Shown: one piece after another, positions 49,017 through 59,095 of the stretch
Layout of the letters: every line of letters begins with the position of its first letter
How positions within the stretch are numbered: the first letter of the stretch is position 1
From: Spirochaetaceae bacterium
GTDB taxonomy: Bacteria > Spirochaetota > Spirochaetia > Treponematales > Breznakiellaceae
Assembly (NCBI GenBank): GCA_031282145.1
Contig: JAITEG010000194.1
Coordinates: 1,373-65,372 of the forward strand
DNA length: 64,000 nt
Direction: 5' to 3'
Made by a program: the position numbers and the translations under genes
Notes under the pieces: model-generated
Databases searched by the model: none
Told to the model about the DNA's origin: nothing
What the model saw: only the letters and a program-made list of their open reading frames with translations

Positions 49017-49457
49017 ATGGTCGAATCAATCGGTTCCTTTTATCTGGATAATGCCCGGCTCATGCCTTCCGGTACGGAGCGGCTTTCCGCCGCCGCCGGA
49101 GAAGGGGGGACGGCTTTTTCCGCGGTCTTGGAAAAATTCCGGGAAAAGACCGCTTCCCCGGCTTCCCCTGAGGGCGGGGTTTCTTCTTCGGCAGACAAAA
49201 AAACCGTGGTGGACAAGAAAAGCAAACTCTACGAACAGTGCGAGGCCCTGGAAACTTTTCTGGTCAAAACCCTTCTTACGGGAATGCGGAACACCGTACC
49301 AAAGTCTGACTTTCTTGACGGCGGTTTCGCGGGAAAGATGTACGAAGATATGCTCTACGACGAATACGCCAAGGAATACACCAAAAATGCGGGATTCGGC
49401 CTTGCGGAATTGGCTTACCTGGAATTGACCGGTCAACGGGGAAAACTTATGGCCTAA
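49017..49457 (+). CDS. flgJ: Single-domain FlgJ-like rod-binding protein
   Basis: E..F...LL..MR..V...Y.DMLYDEYA...G.GLA rod-binding pattern; no muramidase domain. Confidence 0.8.
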   Translation: MVESIGSFYLDNARLMPSGTERLSAAAGEGGTAFSAVLEKFREKTASPASPEGGVSSSADKKTVVDKKSKLYEQCEALETFLVKTLLTGMRNTVPKSDFLDGGFAGKMYEDMLYDEYAKEYTKNAGFGLAELAYLELTGQRGKLMA

Positions 49458-49499
49458 CCATCCCTGATGTTTTTTCCTCCGGAAGGATATAATAGGGAT

Positions 49500-51269
49500 A
49501 TGAAAGAAAAAATCAAAGAGTTATTGGTTTTTATCTATGGCCCCGCCCTGGGGGAAAGGGTTTATCCGAAACTTTTAGATGTCCTTGAATTGGCTTTTCG
49601 TGATTTACCGGAGGAACGGAAAAGCGGTCCCGTTGTTCCTTCCTTTACCGCCGTGGACGTGCTCCTCATCACTTATGGGGATATGCTTTCCCCCCCAACA
49701 GAGGGCGGGACCGGAGAAAGCGGCAAGGCTGCTCCGGAGAGCGGCCTTGCCCGGCTGGGGCGCTTCCTCGCCCGGTGGAACCGGGGGACCTTTACCTACC
49801 TCCACCTGCTTCCCTTTCATCCCTATTCATCGGACGACGGTTTTTCGGTGATCGATTACCGGGAGGTGGATCCCCGGTTTGGCGTCTGGGAGGATATACA
49901 GGAGTTGGGCCGGCATTTTAAGCCGGTTTTTGATCTGGTCCTGAACCACGGCAGCGTGAGAAGCCCGTGGTTTCAGGGTTTCTTAGCCGGGGACGAGAAG
50001 TATGCGGAATGGTATATTACCAGGCCTGAGGACTTTGACTCCTCCACGGTGGTTCGTCCCCGGACCCATCCCCTTCTTACCCCCTTTACTAAAAAAGACG
50101 GTACTCCGGTGCATGTCTGGACTACCTTCAGCGCGGATCAGGTAGATTATGACTTCTCAAATCCCGAGGTTTTGCTTGAATTTATCCGGATATTTTTAGC
50201 ATATTACCGCCGGGGGGCCCGGATAGTCCGGTTGGACGCCATTGCTTATTTATGGAAAGAAGACGGGACCCCCTGTATTCACCACCCAAAAACCCATGCC
50301 GTGGTACGGCTCCTCCGGGCGGTGATCGATCGGTTAGGACTGGACCTCAGGATCCTCACCGAAACCAACGTCCCCCACGCGGAGAACATCTCCTATTTTG
50401 GCCGGGGAGACGAGGCCCACCTGGTGTACAACTTCGCCCTGCCTCCCCTGGCGCTTCATGCCGCGATTTCCGGGGACGCGGGCCCCCTCAGGGCTTGGGC
50501 CGGGACCCTGCCCCCGGGCGGGGAAGGCCCGGTGTTTCTCAACTTCCTCGCCAGCCACGACGGGGTGGGGCTTACCCCGGCCCAGGGCCTGGTGGATAAG
50601 GCCGCCTTTACCGCTACCATTCTGGAGGCGAAAAAACGGGGGGCCCTGGTTTCTTATAAGAGCAGTCCCGAAGGTCCCGTCCCGTATGAGTTAAACTGTT
50701 CCTATGTGGAAGTCGTGGCCCCGGAAACCGGGGATCTGCCGGAAGAAGCGGCCGTAAATCTCCGGGCCCGGGCTTTCCTCGCAACCCAGGGGGTGCTTTT
50801 AGCCCTGCCGGGACTGCCGGCGGTGTACTTTCATAGTTGGATAGGTTCCCCGGCCTGGCGGGAAGGGCCCACCCTGCTTGGTTCCAACCGGGCCGTCAAC
50901 CGGGAGAAACCTCCCCTGGACCGGGTGGAAAGGGAACTGGAGGATCCCCTTTCTTTGAGGAGCCGGGTATACCGGGGCTTTTGCCGGCTTCTGGAATTCC
51001 GGGCCTCCGAGGGAGCCTTTAGCCCGGAAGCACCCCACCATATCCCCGAAGCCGCCGGGGCGGTCTTTGCCGTCCTCCGGGGCCCGGACCCGGAGGGCCG
51101 GAGGATCCTTTGCCTCCAGAACCTGGGCTCCGACCCGGTTCGGTTTACCCCGCGGGACCCGCCCTTTGAATGCCTGGGGCCCCTCACCTTGGAAAGCTGG
51201 GAAACCCGGTGGATAGCCCTGGGCGGCGGCCGGGTACGGCGGGAAGTATCAACCCTGGAGAAACCCTAA
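49500..51269 (+). CDS. GH13_18 sugar phosphorylase, probably glucosylglycerate phosphorylase
   Basis: LITYGD, HLLPF.P.SSDDGFSVID, WTTFS.DQVD, RLDAIAYLWK, TETNVPH, FLASHDG and PYELN motifs. Confidence 0.88.
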   Translation: MKEKIKELLVFIYGPALGERVYPKLLDVLELAFRDLPEERKSGPVVPSFTAVDVLLITYGDMLSPPTEGGTGESGKAAPESGLARLGRFLARWNRGTFTYLHLLPFHPYSSDDGFSVIDYREVDPRFGVWEDIQELGRHFKPVFDLVLNHGSVRSPWFQGFLAGDEKYAEWYITRPEDFDSSTVVRPRTHPLLTPFTKKDGTPVHVWTTFSADQVDYDFSNPEVLLEFIRIFLAYYRRGARIVRLDAIAYLWKEDGTPCIHHPKTHAVVRLLRAVIDRLGLDLRILTETNVPHAENISYFGRGDEAHLVYNFALPPLALHAAISGDAGPLRAWAGTLPPGGEGPVFLNFLASHDGVGLTPAQGLVDKAAFTATILEAKKRGALVSYKSSPEGPVPYELNCSYVEVVAPETGDLPEEAAVNLRARAFLATQGVLLALPGLPAVYFHSWIGSPAWREGPTLLGSNRAVNREKPPLDRVERELEDPLSLRSRVYRGFCRLLEFRASEGAFSPEAPHHIPEAAGAVFAVLRGPDPEGRRILCLQNLGSDPVRFTPRDPPFECLGPLTLESWETRWIALGGGRVRREVSTLEKP

Positions 51270-51319
51270 GCATGCCGGATAACCGCAACAGGCTGCCAGG
51301 CGGCTGGTGAAGTACGGTA

Positions 51320-52681
51320 ATGATAGACGATACCATAACAAATCCTGCCAATGAAACCTATCATTTGATGACTTCTGCCCCGGTGGAGAAACTCATAGTG
51401 AAGCAGGCCATACCCACCATTACCATTATGATGGTATCAGGCATGTACAATATGGCGGATACCTATTTTGTAAGTTTCCTCGGCACAAGCGCCGTTGCCG
51501 CGGTGGGAGTGAGTTTTTCTCTCATGGCGGTTATTCAGGCGGTGGGATTCTTTTTTGGGCACGGTTCGGGTAATTTCATTTCCCGCGCTCTCGGGGCACG
51601 AAATGCCGCAGACGCTGAGAAAATGGCCGCTACGGGATTCTTTTCGGCGTTTATCTTGGGTTTAGGGATTGCGGTTTCCGGCATAATTTTTCTGTCTCCC
51701 CTTGCCCGGTTTCTTGGTTCCACCAATACGATCCTGCCTTATGCCCGTGATTACCTGCGTTTTATCCTCCTTGGAGCGCCGTTTATGGTATCATCCCTTA
51801 TGCAGAACAATCTGCTACGCTATCAGGGCCGGGCGTTTTTCGGCATGATCGGCATGGTCTCAGGGGCGGTTCTCAATATTGGCCTTGATCCGCTTTTTAT
51901 TTTTGTTTTTCATTTGGGTATCAAAGGCGCTTCTCTTGCTACGATGATAAGTCAGACCCTAAGCTGTATCCTGCTTTTCGTTGTGGGCTATACTGGAAGA
52001 GGGAATGCCCGTATTTTGCCGGGTAATTTTTCACCTTCTCTAAACAAATACAAAGAAATAATTCGCGGCGGCAGCCCGTCGCTTTTACGGCAAAGTATTG
52101 CGGGATTTGCGGCGATTCTGCTCAACAATACCGCGGGCGCTTATGGCGATGCGGTTATTGCCGCTATTTCTATTGTAAACCGCGTTTTTATTTTTACCGG
52201 CTCTGCTATCATCGGTTTTGGACAGGGATTTCAGCCGGTGTGCGGCTTCAATTACGGCGCGAAACACTATGACCGGGTAAAAAAAGCCTTCTGGTTTTGT
52301 CTCCGTTTTTCAACGGTACTGCTTATTATCCTCGCGGCGGCGTGTTTTATTCTCGCCCCGGACATCATTTCCCTGTTCCGAAAAGATGACCCTAAAGTCG
52401 TCACTTTGGGAGCTTTTGCGCTGAGGGCTCAGTGTTTCAGTTTTCCCTTTTTGGGCTGGATACTTCTGGTTGGTTTTATGCTCCAGACAATGGGGAAGGG
52501 TATTCCCGCAAGCATCCTGGCTTTTTCGCGGCAGGGGCTTTTTCTCATTCCCTTCATTTTTTTCCTGGTTCCCGGGCTTGGTGTTTTGGGAATACAAATT
52601 TGCGCACCCCTTGCGGATTTCTTCACGTTCCTTTTGTCCTTACCCCTGGGGATAAGAACATTGCGTAAGGATTTGGCATGA
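51320..52681 (+). CDS. MATE-family efflux transporter
   Basis: About 12 TM helices; YNMADTYFV, NIGLDPLFIF...GI.GA..AT and GFNYGAK motifs. Confidence 0.95.
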   Translation: MIDDTITNPANETYHLMTSAPVEKLIVKQAIPTITIMMVSGMYNMADTYFVSFLGTSAVAAVGVSFSLMAVIQAVGFFFGHGSGNFISRALGARNAADAEKMAATGFFSAFILGLGIAVSGIIFLSPLARFLGSTNTILPYARDYLRFILLGAPFMVSSLMQNNLLRYQGRAFFGMIGMVSGAVLNIGLDPLFIFVFHLGIKGASLATMISQTLSCILLFVVGYTGRGNARILPGNFSPSLNKYKEIIRGGSPSLLRQSIAGFAAILLNNTAGAYGDAVIAAISIVNRVFIFTGSAIIGFGQGFQPVCGFNYGAKHYDRVKKAFWFCLRFSTVLLIILAAACFILAPDIISLFRKDDPKVVTLGAFALRAQCFSFPFLGWILLVGFMLQTMGKGIPASILAFSRQGLFLIPFIFFLVPGLGVLGIQICAPLADFFTFLLSLPLGIRTLRKDLA

Positions 52682-52716
52682 AGCGCCGGGAACGGAAGAA
52701 AGGTTTCTAAAGCCCT

Positions 52717-53355
52717 TTACGAAGGAAGGCTCCTTGCCAGGATCAGGTAAACCGCCGCGTTGTAGGCCCCGTGGGCCCAAGCTAAACCATGGATGGAACG
52801 GTATTTTAAAAAAAGTCCGGATAAAAAAGTCCCCGCCAACACCGCGTTTAATACCCCCGGGAGTCCCTCATATATATGGCAGAGGGAAAACAATAGTACC
52901 GAAAAAAACACCCCCCTCCGGGGGCCGAATCCCGCTTCTTCAAGCCGGGTGAGGAGGTACAGCCGGAAGTAACTTTCCTCCACATAGCCGGTGGTAAGGA
53001 CCGAGGGGACCATCACCACCCATTGGAGGAAATTCCGGGGAGGCTCTATGGATAGGGGTGAAAAAAGATCCGTAAAGGGTACGAGGGAAGCGCAGAATCC
53101 TATAATCAAAAGCCCGGAGCAGGCGATAAGGGCCGGTTTCAGATCCTTTCTCCCGGGTTTGGGCCAGGGGAGAGGGCTCCCTCGGCCCCCATGGATGCCC
53201 AATATATACCAGATCAGGGCCAAGGAGGGTATATTATGGACCAGGATACGGCTCAATTCCCGGTTCACGGAAAAAACAAGGGGCCCTGGGGAAACAAAAC
53301 CTATACCGGGAAGAAAAAGGACGCCGAACAGTATCAGCGGTTCCAAGAGGGCCAT
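52717..53355 (-). CDS. CPBP (Abi/CAAX) intramembrane metalloprotease
   Basis: EESYFR, FSLCH and HGAYN motifs. Confidence 0.92.
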   Translation of the reverse strand: MALLEPLILFGVLFLPGIGFVSPGPLVFSVNRELSRILVHNIPSLALIWYILGIHGGRGSPLPWPKPGRKDLKPALIACSGLLIIGFCASLVPFTDLFSPLSIEPPRNFLQWVVMVPSVLTTGYVEESYFRLYLLTRLEEAGFGPRRGVFFSVLLFSLCHIYEGLPGVLNAVLAGTFLSGLFLKYRSIHGLAWAHGAYNAAVYLILARSLPS

Positions 53356-53537
53356 GGTAAACTCCTTGTGACCGGACTTTTGTCCAATTATATGGTAAAA
53401 TTGTAGCCGAATTGAGGGAATAAGGAAATGCTTTTCCCTACCCCCATAGGGGAAAAAACAAAAAAGAGGCGGATCATTAAAGCAAACCTGAGGGTAATCC
53501 CCTATAATACGGAGGAGCCTGTTGCGAAGGAGGAAAT

Positions 53538-55064
53538 ATGACAGCCGCTTTTATCCGTTCTCCGGTGATATACGCCGTATTTGGGGCCCTGGGGAGTTAT
53601 TATGGTTTAGCGGGGTTAAGCCCCCGGGGGGACCCGCGCCTTTCGTGGATATGGGGAGGGGCGCTGGTCTTGGGAGCCTTGATTGCCTTGTTCCGCGTCT
53701 TGGGGGATAGTTCGGAAAGGTTTTTCAGGGATCTGACTATCAGGTATTATTTTAGAAAAATCTGCCGGTATGCCATTGCTTTGGCTCTGGGTTTTTCCCT
53801 TGGTCTTACGGTAGGGACCATAAACGCCGCCTCGGAACTCCGGCTTGGGCTTAAGCGGGAAAAGGTCCGGGGAATTACCGGAACCCTGTTGGATGATCCC
53901 CGGGCCTTCACTGACGGCCGGGGTATGGGGTATCTTACGGTGTCCGGTGCTTCCGGAACCGGCGGGATTAGGACCAGTGCCCGGGGCAGAGCGCTGGTAT
54001 TTTTTCCTGCCGGGGCTATCCCCCGGTTAAAGGAATTCGGCCGGGGGGCGCCGGTATATGTGGAAGGTTCTTTTCTCTCTTCCCCAAACCCCGGGATAAG
54101 CGGTTCCGGCCCCCCCTTCCGGGCGGGGGCGGTCCATTTATTGGGAGCGGCGTCGGCGGTGGAACAGCTTCGGACCGGGATCCGCATGGAGGTTCTGGAA
54201 AAATTCGCCGGTCCTTCCTGGGGAGGCTTGGCCGCGGCCCTTATTCTTGGGGTTAAAGACGATCTGGATTCGACGATGACGGAACTTTTTAGCGCCGCGG
54301 GATGTTCCCACGTATTGGCCCTTTCGGGGATGCACTTGGCGGTTCTTTCCGCCCTGATAGCCTTTTTACTGAAAAAACCTTTGGGCCTCAAACCCGCCGC
54401 TTTGGCGGGAGCTTTTTTTATCCTCCTCTATGTGTACCTGGTAGGCCCCCAACCCTCCCTCGTGCGGGCGGTCATTATGTACCTCCTGGGAACCGCCGCG
54501 ATTTTAGGGGCCTTCCCCCGGCAGCCGGTCCCTCTTTTATGCATGGCTTTTCTGATTCAAATCATCCTGGACCCCTCTTCCGGAAATAGTCTTTCCTTTA
54601 TGCTTTCATATCTTGCCCTGGGGGGTATCCTCACCGCCGGGGAAGCGGTCCACGATCTTATCCGGGGTAAGATCCCCGAGATCTTAGCCCAGCCGTTATC
54701 GGCTTCCCTGGGGGCATTCATCGCCACCGTCGCCATAAGCGCCGCCGCCTTTGGGGTGATCCGGCCCGGGGGTATTGGAGTGGGGTTAGGCATTGTTCCC
54801 CTGTCTACCTTCTTTATGATCCTGGCCATCGTCTATTTGGGGCTAAGTTTTTTCCTGCCCCCCCTTACGGGCATCGTGGATCCGGTCCTTTCGGTCTTAT
54901 ACGACCTTTTGGGCGGTACCGTCTTGCTGGGTTCCCGCATTCCCGCCGTGGAGGGGATATCCCCGGCCATTTTGGGATGTATAAGCCTGGTTTTGGTTTG
55001 TGGACTCCTCTATGTTCAAAACTATTTTGCCCTACTGAGGAAAAAAATTGTCCTTCCGGATTAA
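53538..55064 (+). CDS. comEC: ComEC/Rec2-family competence membrane protein (no C-terminal beta-lactamase domain)
   Basis: G.SHVLALSGMH, PSLVRAVIM and SFMLSY motifs. Confidence 0.88.
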   Translation: MTAAFIRSPVIYAVFGALGSYYGLAGLSPRGDPRLSWIWGGALVLGALIALFRVLGDSSERFFRDLTIRYYFRKICRYAIALALGFSLGLTVGTINAASELRLGLKREKVRGITGTLLDDPRAFTDGRGMGYLTVSGASGTGGIRTSARGRALVFFPAGAIPRLKEFGRGAPVYVEGSFLSSPNPGISGSGPPFRAGAVHLLGAASAVEQLRTGIRMEVLEKFAGPSWGGLAAALILGVKDDLDSTMTELFSAAGCSHVLALSGMHLAVLSALIAFLLKKPLGLKPAALAGAFFILLYVYLVGPQPSLVRAVIMYLLGTAAILGAFPRQPVPLLCMAFLIQIILDPSSGNSLSFMLSYLALGGILTAGEAVHDLIRGKIPEILAQPLSASLGAFIATVAISAAAFGVIRPGGIGVGLGIVPLSTFFMILAIVYLGLSFFLPPLTGIVDPVLSVLYDLLGGTVLLGSRIPAVEGISPAILGCISLVLVCGLLYVQNYFALLRKKIVLPD

Positions 55065-55959
55065 TTATGATTCGCCCCGGATGCTTTCCGCCTTTCTTGA
55101 CGAACAGGGACTGGGGATGCGGAAGAAGTTCGGTCAAAATTTTCTTATTAACCCCGGAGCGCGAAAAAAACTCCTCGAGGCCCTGGAAATTACCCCGGGG
55201 GATGAGGTATGGGAAATCGGTCCCGGCCTTGGAGCCATGACAAGGGGCCTCCTGGAACAGGGCGCCGTGGTAACGGCCTTTGAAATTGACCCGGGTTTTA
55301 GCCGTATTCTAAAAAGCGGCTTTCAGGAGAGCAAAAATTTCAGGCTGGTAACGGGGGACGTGTTTAAAACTTGGGGGACCGTGGAGGGGGATGCCCCCTT
55401 TTTGCTGGGAAACCTGCCCTATAATATCGGGGCGGCCCTTTTGGCTGATTTTATTGAGAAAAACCGTTTCTTTAAGCGGATGGTGGTTACCTTGCAGCGG
55501 GAAACGGCGAACCGTATGCTCGCTTCCCCGGGCTCAAAGGATTATTCTTCCTTTTCCGTACTTTGCGCTTCGGTTTATACCATAACCCCCCTCATGGTTC
55601 TCAAGGGCGCTTCTTTTTATCCGGTCCCCAAGGTGGAATCCCAGGGAGTCCGCCTGGACCGGAGGATAGCCGCGGAGGGCGGAAAGCGGCCGGTCTTTTT
55701 CAGCGCCCTGGTCCGAAGTCTTTTTGCGTCCCGGCGAAAGACCCTTAGAAATAATCTGCAAAATTTTGTATTATCCGGTATAATAAACAAAGATGCCGTG
55801 GGTAATAAAAAAAGGGTAGAGGAGTTCTGTATGACGGTTCTTGAGTCTAGCGGGGTTGATCCCCGGAAACGGGCCGAGACCTTGGGGTATGAAGAGTTTT
55901 TCATCCTGGCACGGACATTGGAGGAGCTATCCCGAGGGGATACATCCGGGAGGATATGA
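55048..55959 (+). CDS. rsmA: 16S rRNA adenine dimethyltransferase
   Basis: KKFGQNFL, EIGPGLG, GNLPYNI, F.P.PKVES and RRKTLRNNL motifs. Confidence 0.97.
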   Translation: MSFRINYDSPRMLSAFLDEQGLGMRKKFGQNFLINPGARKKLLEALEITPGDEVWEIGPGLGAMTRGLLEQGAVVTAFEIDPGFSRILKSGFQESKNFRLVTGDVFKTWGTVEGDAPFLLGNLPYNIGAALLADFIEKNRFFKRMVVTLQRETANRMLASPGSKDYSSFSVLCASVYTITPLMVLKGASFYPVPKVESQGVRLDRRIAAEGGKRPVFFSALVRSLFASRRKTLRNNLQNFVLSGIINKDAVGNKKRVEEFCMTVLESSGVDPRKRAETLGYEEFFILARTLEELSRGDTSGRI

Positions 55960-56654
55960 TGGGTATCGCCGAAGCGCTGCAACGTCTTAATGAAAGGATC
56001 CACGAGGTTTGCCTCCGGGTAGGGCGGGATCCCGGGGAAGTCCGCTTGATGGGGGCGTCAAAGTTCCATGAACGGGATGCCCTGGAAGAAGCCTGGAAGG
56101 GCGGGCTGCGGCTTTTTGGAGAAAACCGGGTCCAGGAAGCGGAAAGAAAGTTTTCCGGCTTTAAGCGGGATCATCCCCAGGTGGAACTCCACATGATAGG
56201 TTCCCTTCAGCGGAATAAGGCCAGGGCCGCGGCGGCCCTTTTTGACTGCATTCAATCGGTGGATCGGGATGAACTCATTACCGAACTGGGGACCTTGACT
56301 CTTGAAAGAGAACGGCCTTTAATGGTTTTATTGGAGTTGCATACCGGAGAGGCTTCCAAAGCCGGTTATCCCGATGTGGAGCACCTGTTTAGAGCAACCG
56401 AGCGGGTATTATCCTTTCCCAATCTTAAAATTCAGGGGCTTATGACCATGGCCCCTTTTACGGAAGATAAGGAGATAATTCGCGGTTCTTTTCGCGCGTT
56501 GGTATCCGCCCGGAACCAATTACAGAGCCGCTTCCCTGGCCGCGATTGGTCCTGCCTTTCCATGGGTATGTCCAATGATTTTGAAATTGCCTTGGAAGAG
56601 GGGGCGACTCTTTTGCGAATAGGAACCGCCCTGTTTGGAGAACGGAGGCCATGA
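55956..56654 (+). CDS. yggS: YggS-family pyridoxal phosphate homeostasis protein
   Basis: FGENRVQE, HMIGSLQRNK, GLMTM and LSMGMSNDF..A...G.T..RIGTALFG motifs. Confidence 0.96.
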   Translation: MMGIAEALQRLNERIHEVCLRVGRDPGEVRLMGASKFHERDALEEAWKGGLRLFGENRVQEAERKFSGFKRDHPQVELHMIGSLQRNKARAAAALFDCIQSVDRDELITELGTLTLERERPLMVLLELHTGEASKAGYPDVEHLFRATERVLSFPNLKIQGLMTMAPFTEDKEIIRGSFRALVSARNQLQSRFPGRDWSCLSMGMSNDFEIALEEGATLLRIGTALFGERRP

Positions 56655-57181
56655 ACAAAAGGGGAATGGTTTTTTTATTAACGGTGTTTTTTTCCCTCTG
56701 CGGCGTCGCCCACGCCCAAACGTCTTCTACCACTACGGTTATGCCTTCGGTGGAATTTGACACCAGTACCTTTCCCCAGTGGGCAAAGGATCTCCGCCGG
56801 GCCGAAATAGTGGCCTTCGGTTCATTTCCCTTTACCCTGTTGGTGGCTACCATGGCTTCGGATTCAGTCCGCTGGGCCAATAATAACTGGGATACCCGCT
56901 ACGCTCCCTGGCCGGTACGGTCCGCCGGGGGGATAGAGATGAGCAGCCAACAGCGGTTAATGACCATAGGTGCGGCGGCGGCGGGTTCTATCCTCATATC
57001 CCTCGTGGATCATTTTATTGTCCGGTACAAGAGGGATAAGGCCGAAAAGGAAAAACTCAATTTACCCGACGGAAGTCCCATCATCCTACGGCGCCCCTGG
57101 CCGGAAACGGATACGGAAACGGATGCTGAAACCGGCGATGAAGGCGGCGTGGAATCCCTTCCTCCCAATGGGGAACCCTGA
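56651..57181 (+). CDS. Hypothetical membrane protein
   Basis: Signal peptide and two hydrophobic segments; translationally coupled to both neighbours. Confidence 0.75.
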   Translation: MNKRGMVFLLTVFFSLCGVAHAQTSSTTTVMPSVEFDTSTFPQWAKDLRRAEIVAFGSFPFTLLVATMASDSVRWANNNWDTRYAPWPVRSAGGIEMSSQQRLMTIGAAAAGSILISLVDHFIVRYKRDKAEKEKLNLPDGSPIILRRPWPETDTETDAETGDEGGVESLPPNGEP

Positions 57182-58093
57182 TTGCCCCATTATTCCGGCA
57201 GAGTAGGCGCCGAAGCCTCCGGTGGGCAGCGGCTCGACAAGTACGCGGCGGAACAGCTCAAGTTGTTGAACCGTTCCCAGATTAAAGGGCGGATTTTGGA
57301 AATCAGGATCAACGGAAAGGCGGGCAAACTTTCACGCCTCGTAAAGCCCGGGGACGATTTGGAACTTTTATGGTCGGATCCGCCTTCGTCGGATCTGATC
57401 CCTGAAAATATACCCCTGGATATCCTTTATGAAGATGATCGGGTGGTGGTGCTTAATAAGGCCCCGGGTATGGTGGTTCATCCCGGAGCGGGAAACGCCT
57501 CGGGGACCCTGGCGAACGCCCTTTTGTATCGGAGGCTCCGCCGGGGTGGCTCCGGGGAGGGGTTCCGGCCGGGGATCGTTCACCGTCTGGATAAGGATAC
57601 CTCCGGCGTTATGATCGCCGCCTATGATGATGAGGCCCTTGCTTTTTTAGCGGAGCAGTTTAAATCCCGGGGGGTGAAAAAAAACTACGGGGCCATAGTC
57701 CGGGGGGTGCTTAAGGAACCCGCCGGCGCCCTCGAAACCCGGATTGCCCGGGACCGCCGGGACCGCAAGCGTTTTGCCGTCTCGGCGGCTGGGGGAAAAC
57801 CGGCCTTTACCCGCTACCGGGTGATCCGTTCCTGGGCTCACTATTCCCTGGTGCTCCTGCGGCCCAAGACCGGACGGACCCATCAACTCCGCGTCCACAT
57901 GGCATACCTCGGCCACCCCATCCTGGGGGATCCCCTCTATGGGGTGAAGGACGGCTTATTTCCCCAGGCCGGCCTCATGCTCCACGCGAAAAGCCTCTCC
58001 CTCATCCTCCCCGGAAAAGAAGGGTATCAAACCTTCAAAACCCCCCTTCCGCCCCGTTTTTCTGAAATTTTTCGCCGTCTCGGCAGCTTATAG
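57182..58093 (+). CDS. rluD: RluD-type 23S rRNA pseudouridine synthase
   Basis: S4 domain RLDKY, NKAPGMVVHPG, IVHRLDKDTSG and TGRTHQLRVH motifs. Confidence 0.9.
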   Translation: MPHYSGRVGAEASGGQRLDKYAAEQLKLLNRSQIKGRILEIRINGKAGKLSRLVKPGDDLELLWSDPPSSDLIPENIPLDILYEDDRVVVLNKAPGMVVHPGAGNASGTLANALLYRRLRRGGSGEGFRPGIVHRLDKDTSGVMIAAYDDEALAFLAEQFKSRGVKKNYGAIVRGVLKEPAGALETRIARDRRDRKRFAVSAAGGKPAFTRYRVIRSWAHYSLVLLRPKTGRTHQLRVHMAYLGHPILGDPLYGVKDGLFPQAGLMLHAKSLSLILPGKEGYQTFKTPLPPRFSEIFRRLGSL

Positions 58094-58222
58094 CCCGCCT
58101 ATAGGGGGAGGGGGTTAAGTTGAGGGTTTCACCCCCACATCCCCGAGCGGAGGGTCAAAGGTTCCCCGAAAGGGAACTTCACCCTCCGGACCTCCCGGTG
58201 CGGGATTAGCCGACCGAGAAGT

Positions 58223-59044
58223 ATGTTGATTTTGTCCCAACCGATCCGGTATAAGATAATGATGCGTATTCCCCCGGAAGATGCTTTTTCCCCGGCCCCT
58301 CCCCAGCCCTATATTCTGGAAGAAACCGCCTCCTATGCGGTGGTGTATAAACCGCCCCTATGGCATTCAGCCCCCCTGGAACACCCTTCGGCTCGGGTTC
58401 TGCTCTTTTGGTATGCGGATCTCCACCCCGGGGTTTTGGCGGTTCGGGGCAGGAAGGCAATCGAGGGCGGGCTGCTTCACCGGTTGGATTATGAGACGGC
58501 GGGGCTGGTCCTTTTTGCCAAGACCCAGGGGGCCCTGGATGCCCTTGCCCGGCAGCAGCGGGAGGGCCTATTCACCAAGGAATACGACGCCCTTTCCCAG
58601 GGGAAGGGGGAAGCGCTGCCGGGATTTCCCCCGGCCTTTCCCCACGGTCCTCTGCCCTTTACCATCCAAAGCGCTTTTCGTCCCTTTGGACCGGGACGGC
58701 GGGAAGTGCGCCCGGTGGTCCTCTCTGACGGCGGAAAGACTAAAAAAAGAGACGCGCTGGATCAGGGAAAACCCTATAAAACGGAGGTCCTGGAGATGAG
58801 TTCTCGGGGAAACCAGGTGTATTTCCGCCTTCGGATCAGCCGGGGGTTTCGGCATCAGATCCGCTGTCACCTCGCCTGGCTTGGATATGCCATCCTCAAT
58901 GATAAAACCTATGGGGGCGTTTCCCTCAAGGACGGTACCTTGGCTTTGAGGGCCCAAGGAATTTCCTTTAACGATCCCGAGTCAAATATCCCCCGGAATT
59001 ACCGAATTGCCCCGCCTGATGCCGGCGGAATGGACCCGGAATAG
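58223..59044 (+). CDS. RluA-family pseudouridine synthase (no S4 domain)
   Basis: YKP, LHRLDYETAG and GFRHQIRCHL motifs; the start may be at 58259/58262. Confidence 0.85.
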   Translation: MLILSQPIRYKIMMRIPPEDAFSPAPPQPYILEETASYAVVYKPPLWHSAPLEHPSARVLLFWYADLHPGVLAVRGRKAIEGGLLHRLDYETAGLVLFAKTQGALDALARQQREGLFTKEYDALSQGKGEALPGFPPAFPHGPLPFTIQSAFRPFGPGRREVRPVVLSDGGKTKKRDALDQGKPYKTEVLEMSSRGNQVYFRLRISRGFRHQIRCHLAWLGYAILNDKTYGGVSLKDGTLALRAQGISFNDPESNIPRNYRIAPPDAGGMDPE

Positions 59045-59095
59045 GCCCTTTCTTTTTTTTCTATCTCCCCCTATAATAAAAGAGGAGGATTATGA

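Noticed and set aside
49017-49457. FlgJ lacking a muramidase domain as a pseudogene
   Set aside because: Single-domain FlgJ is normal in spirochaetes and the ORF is intact.
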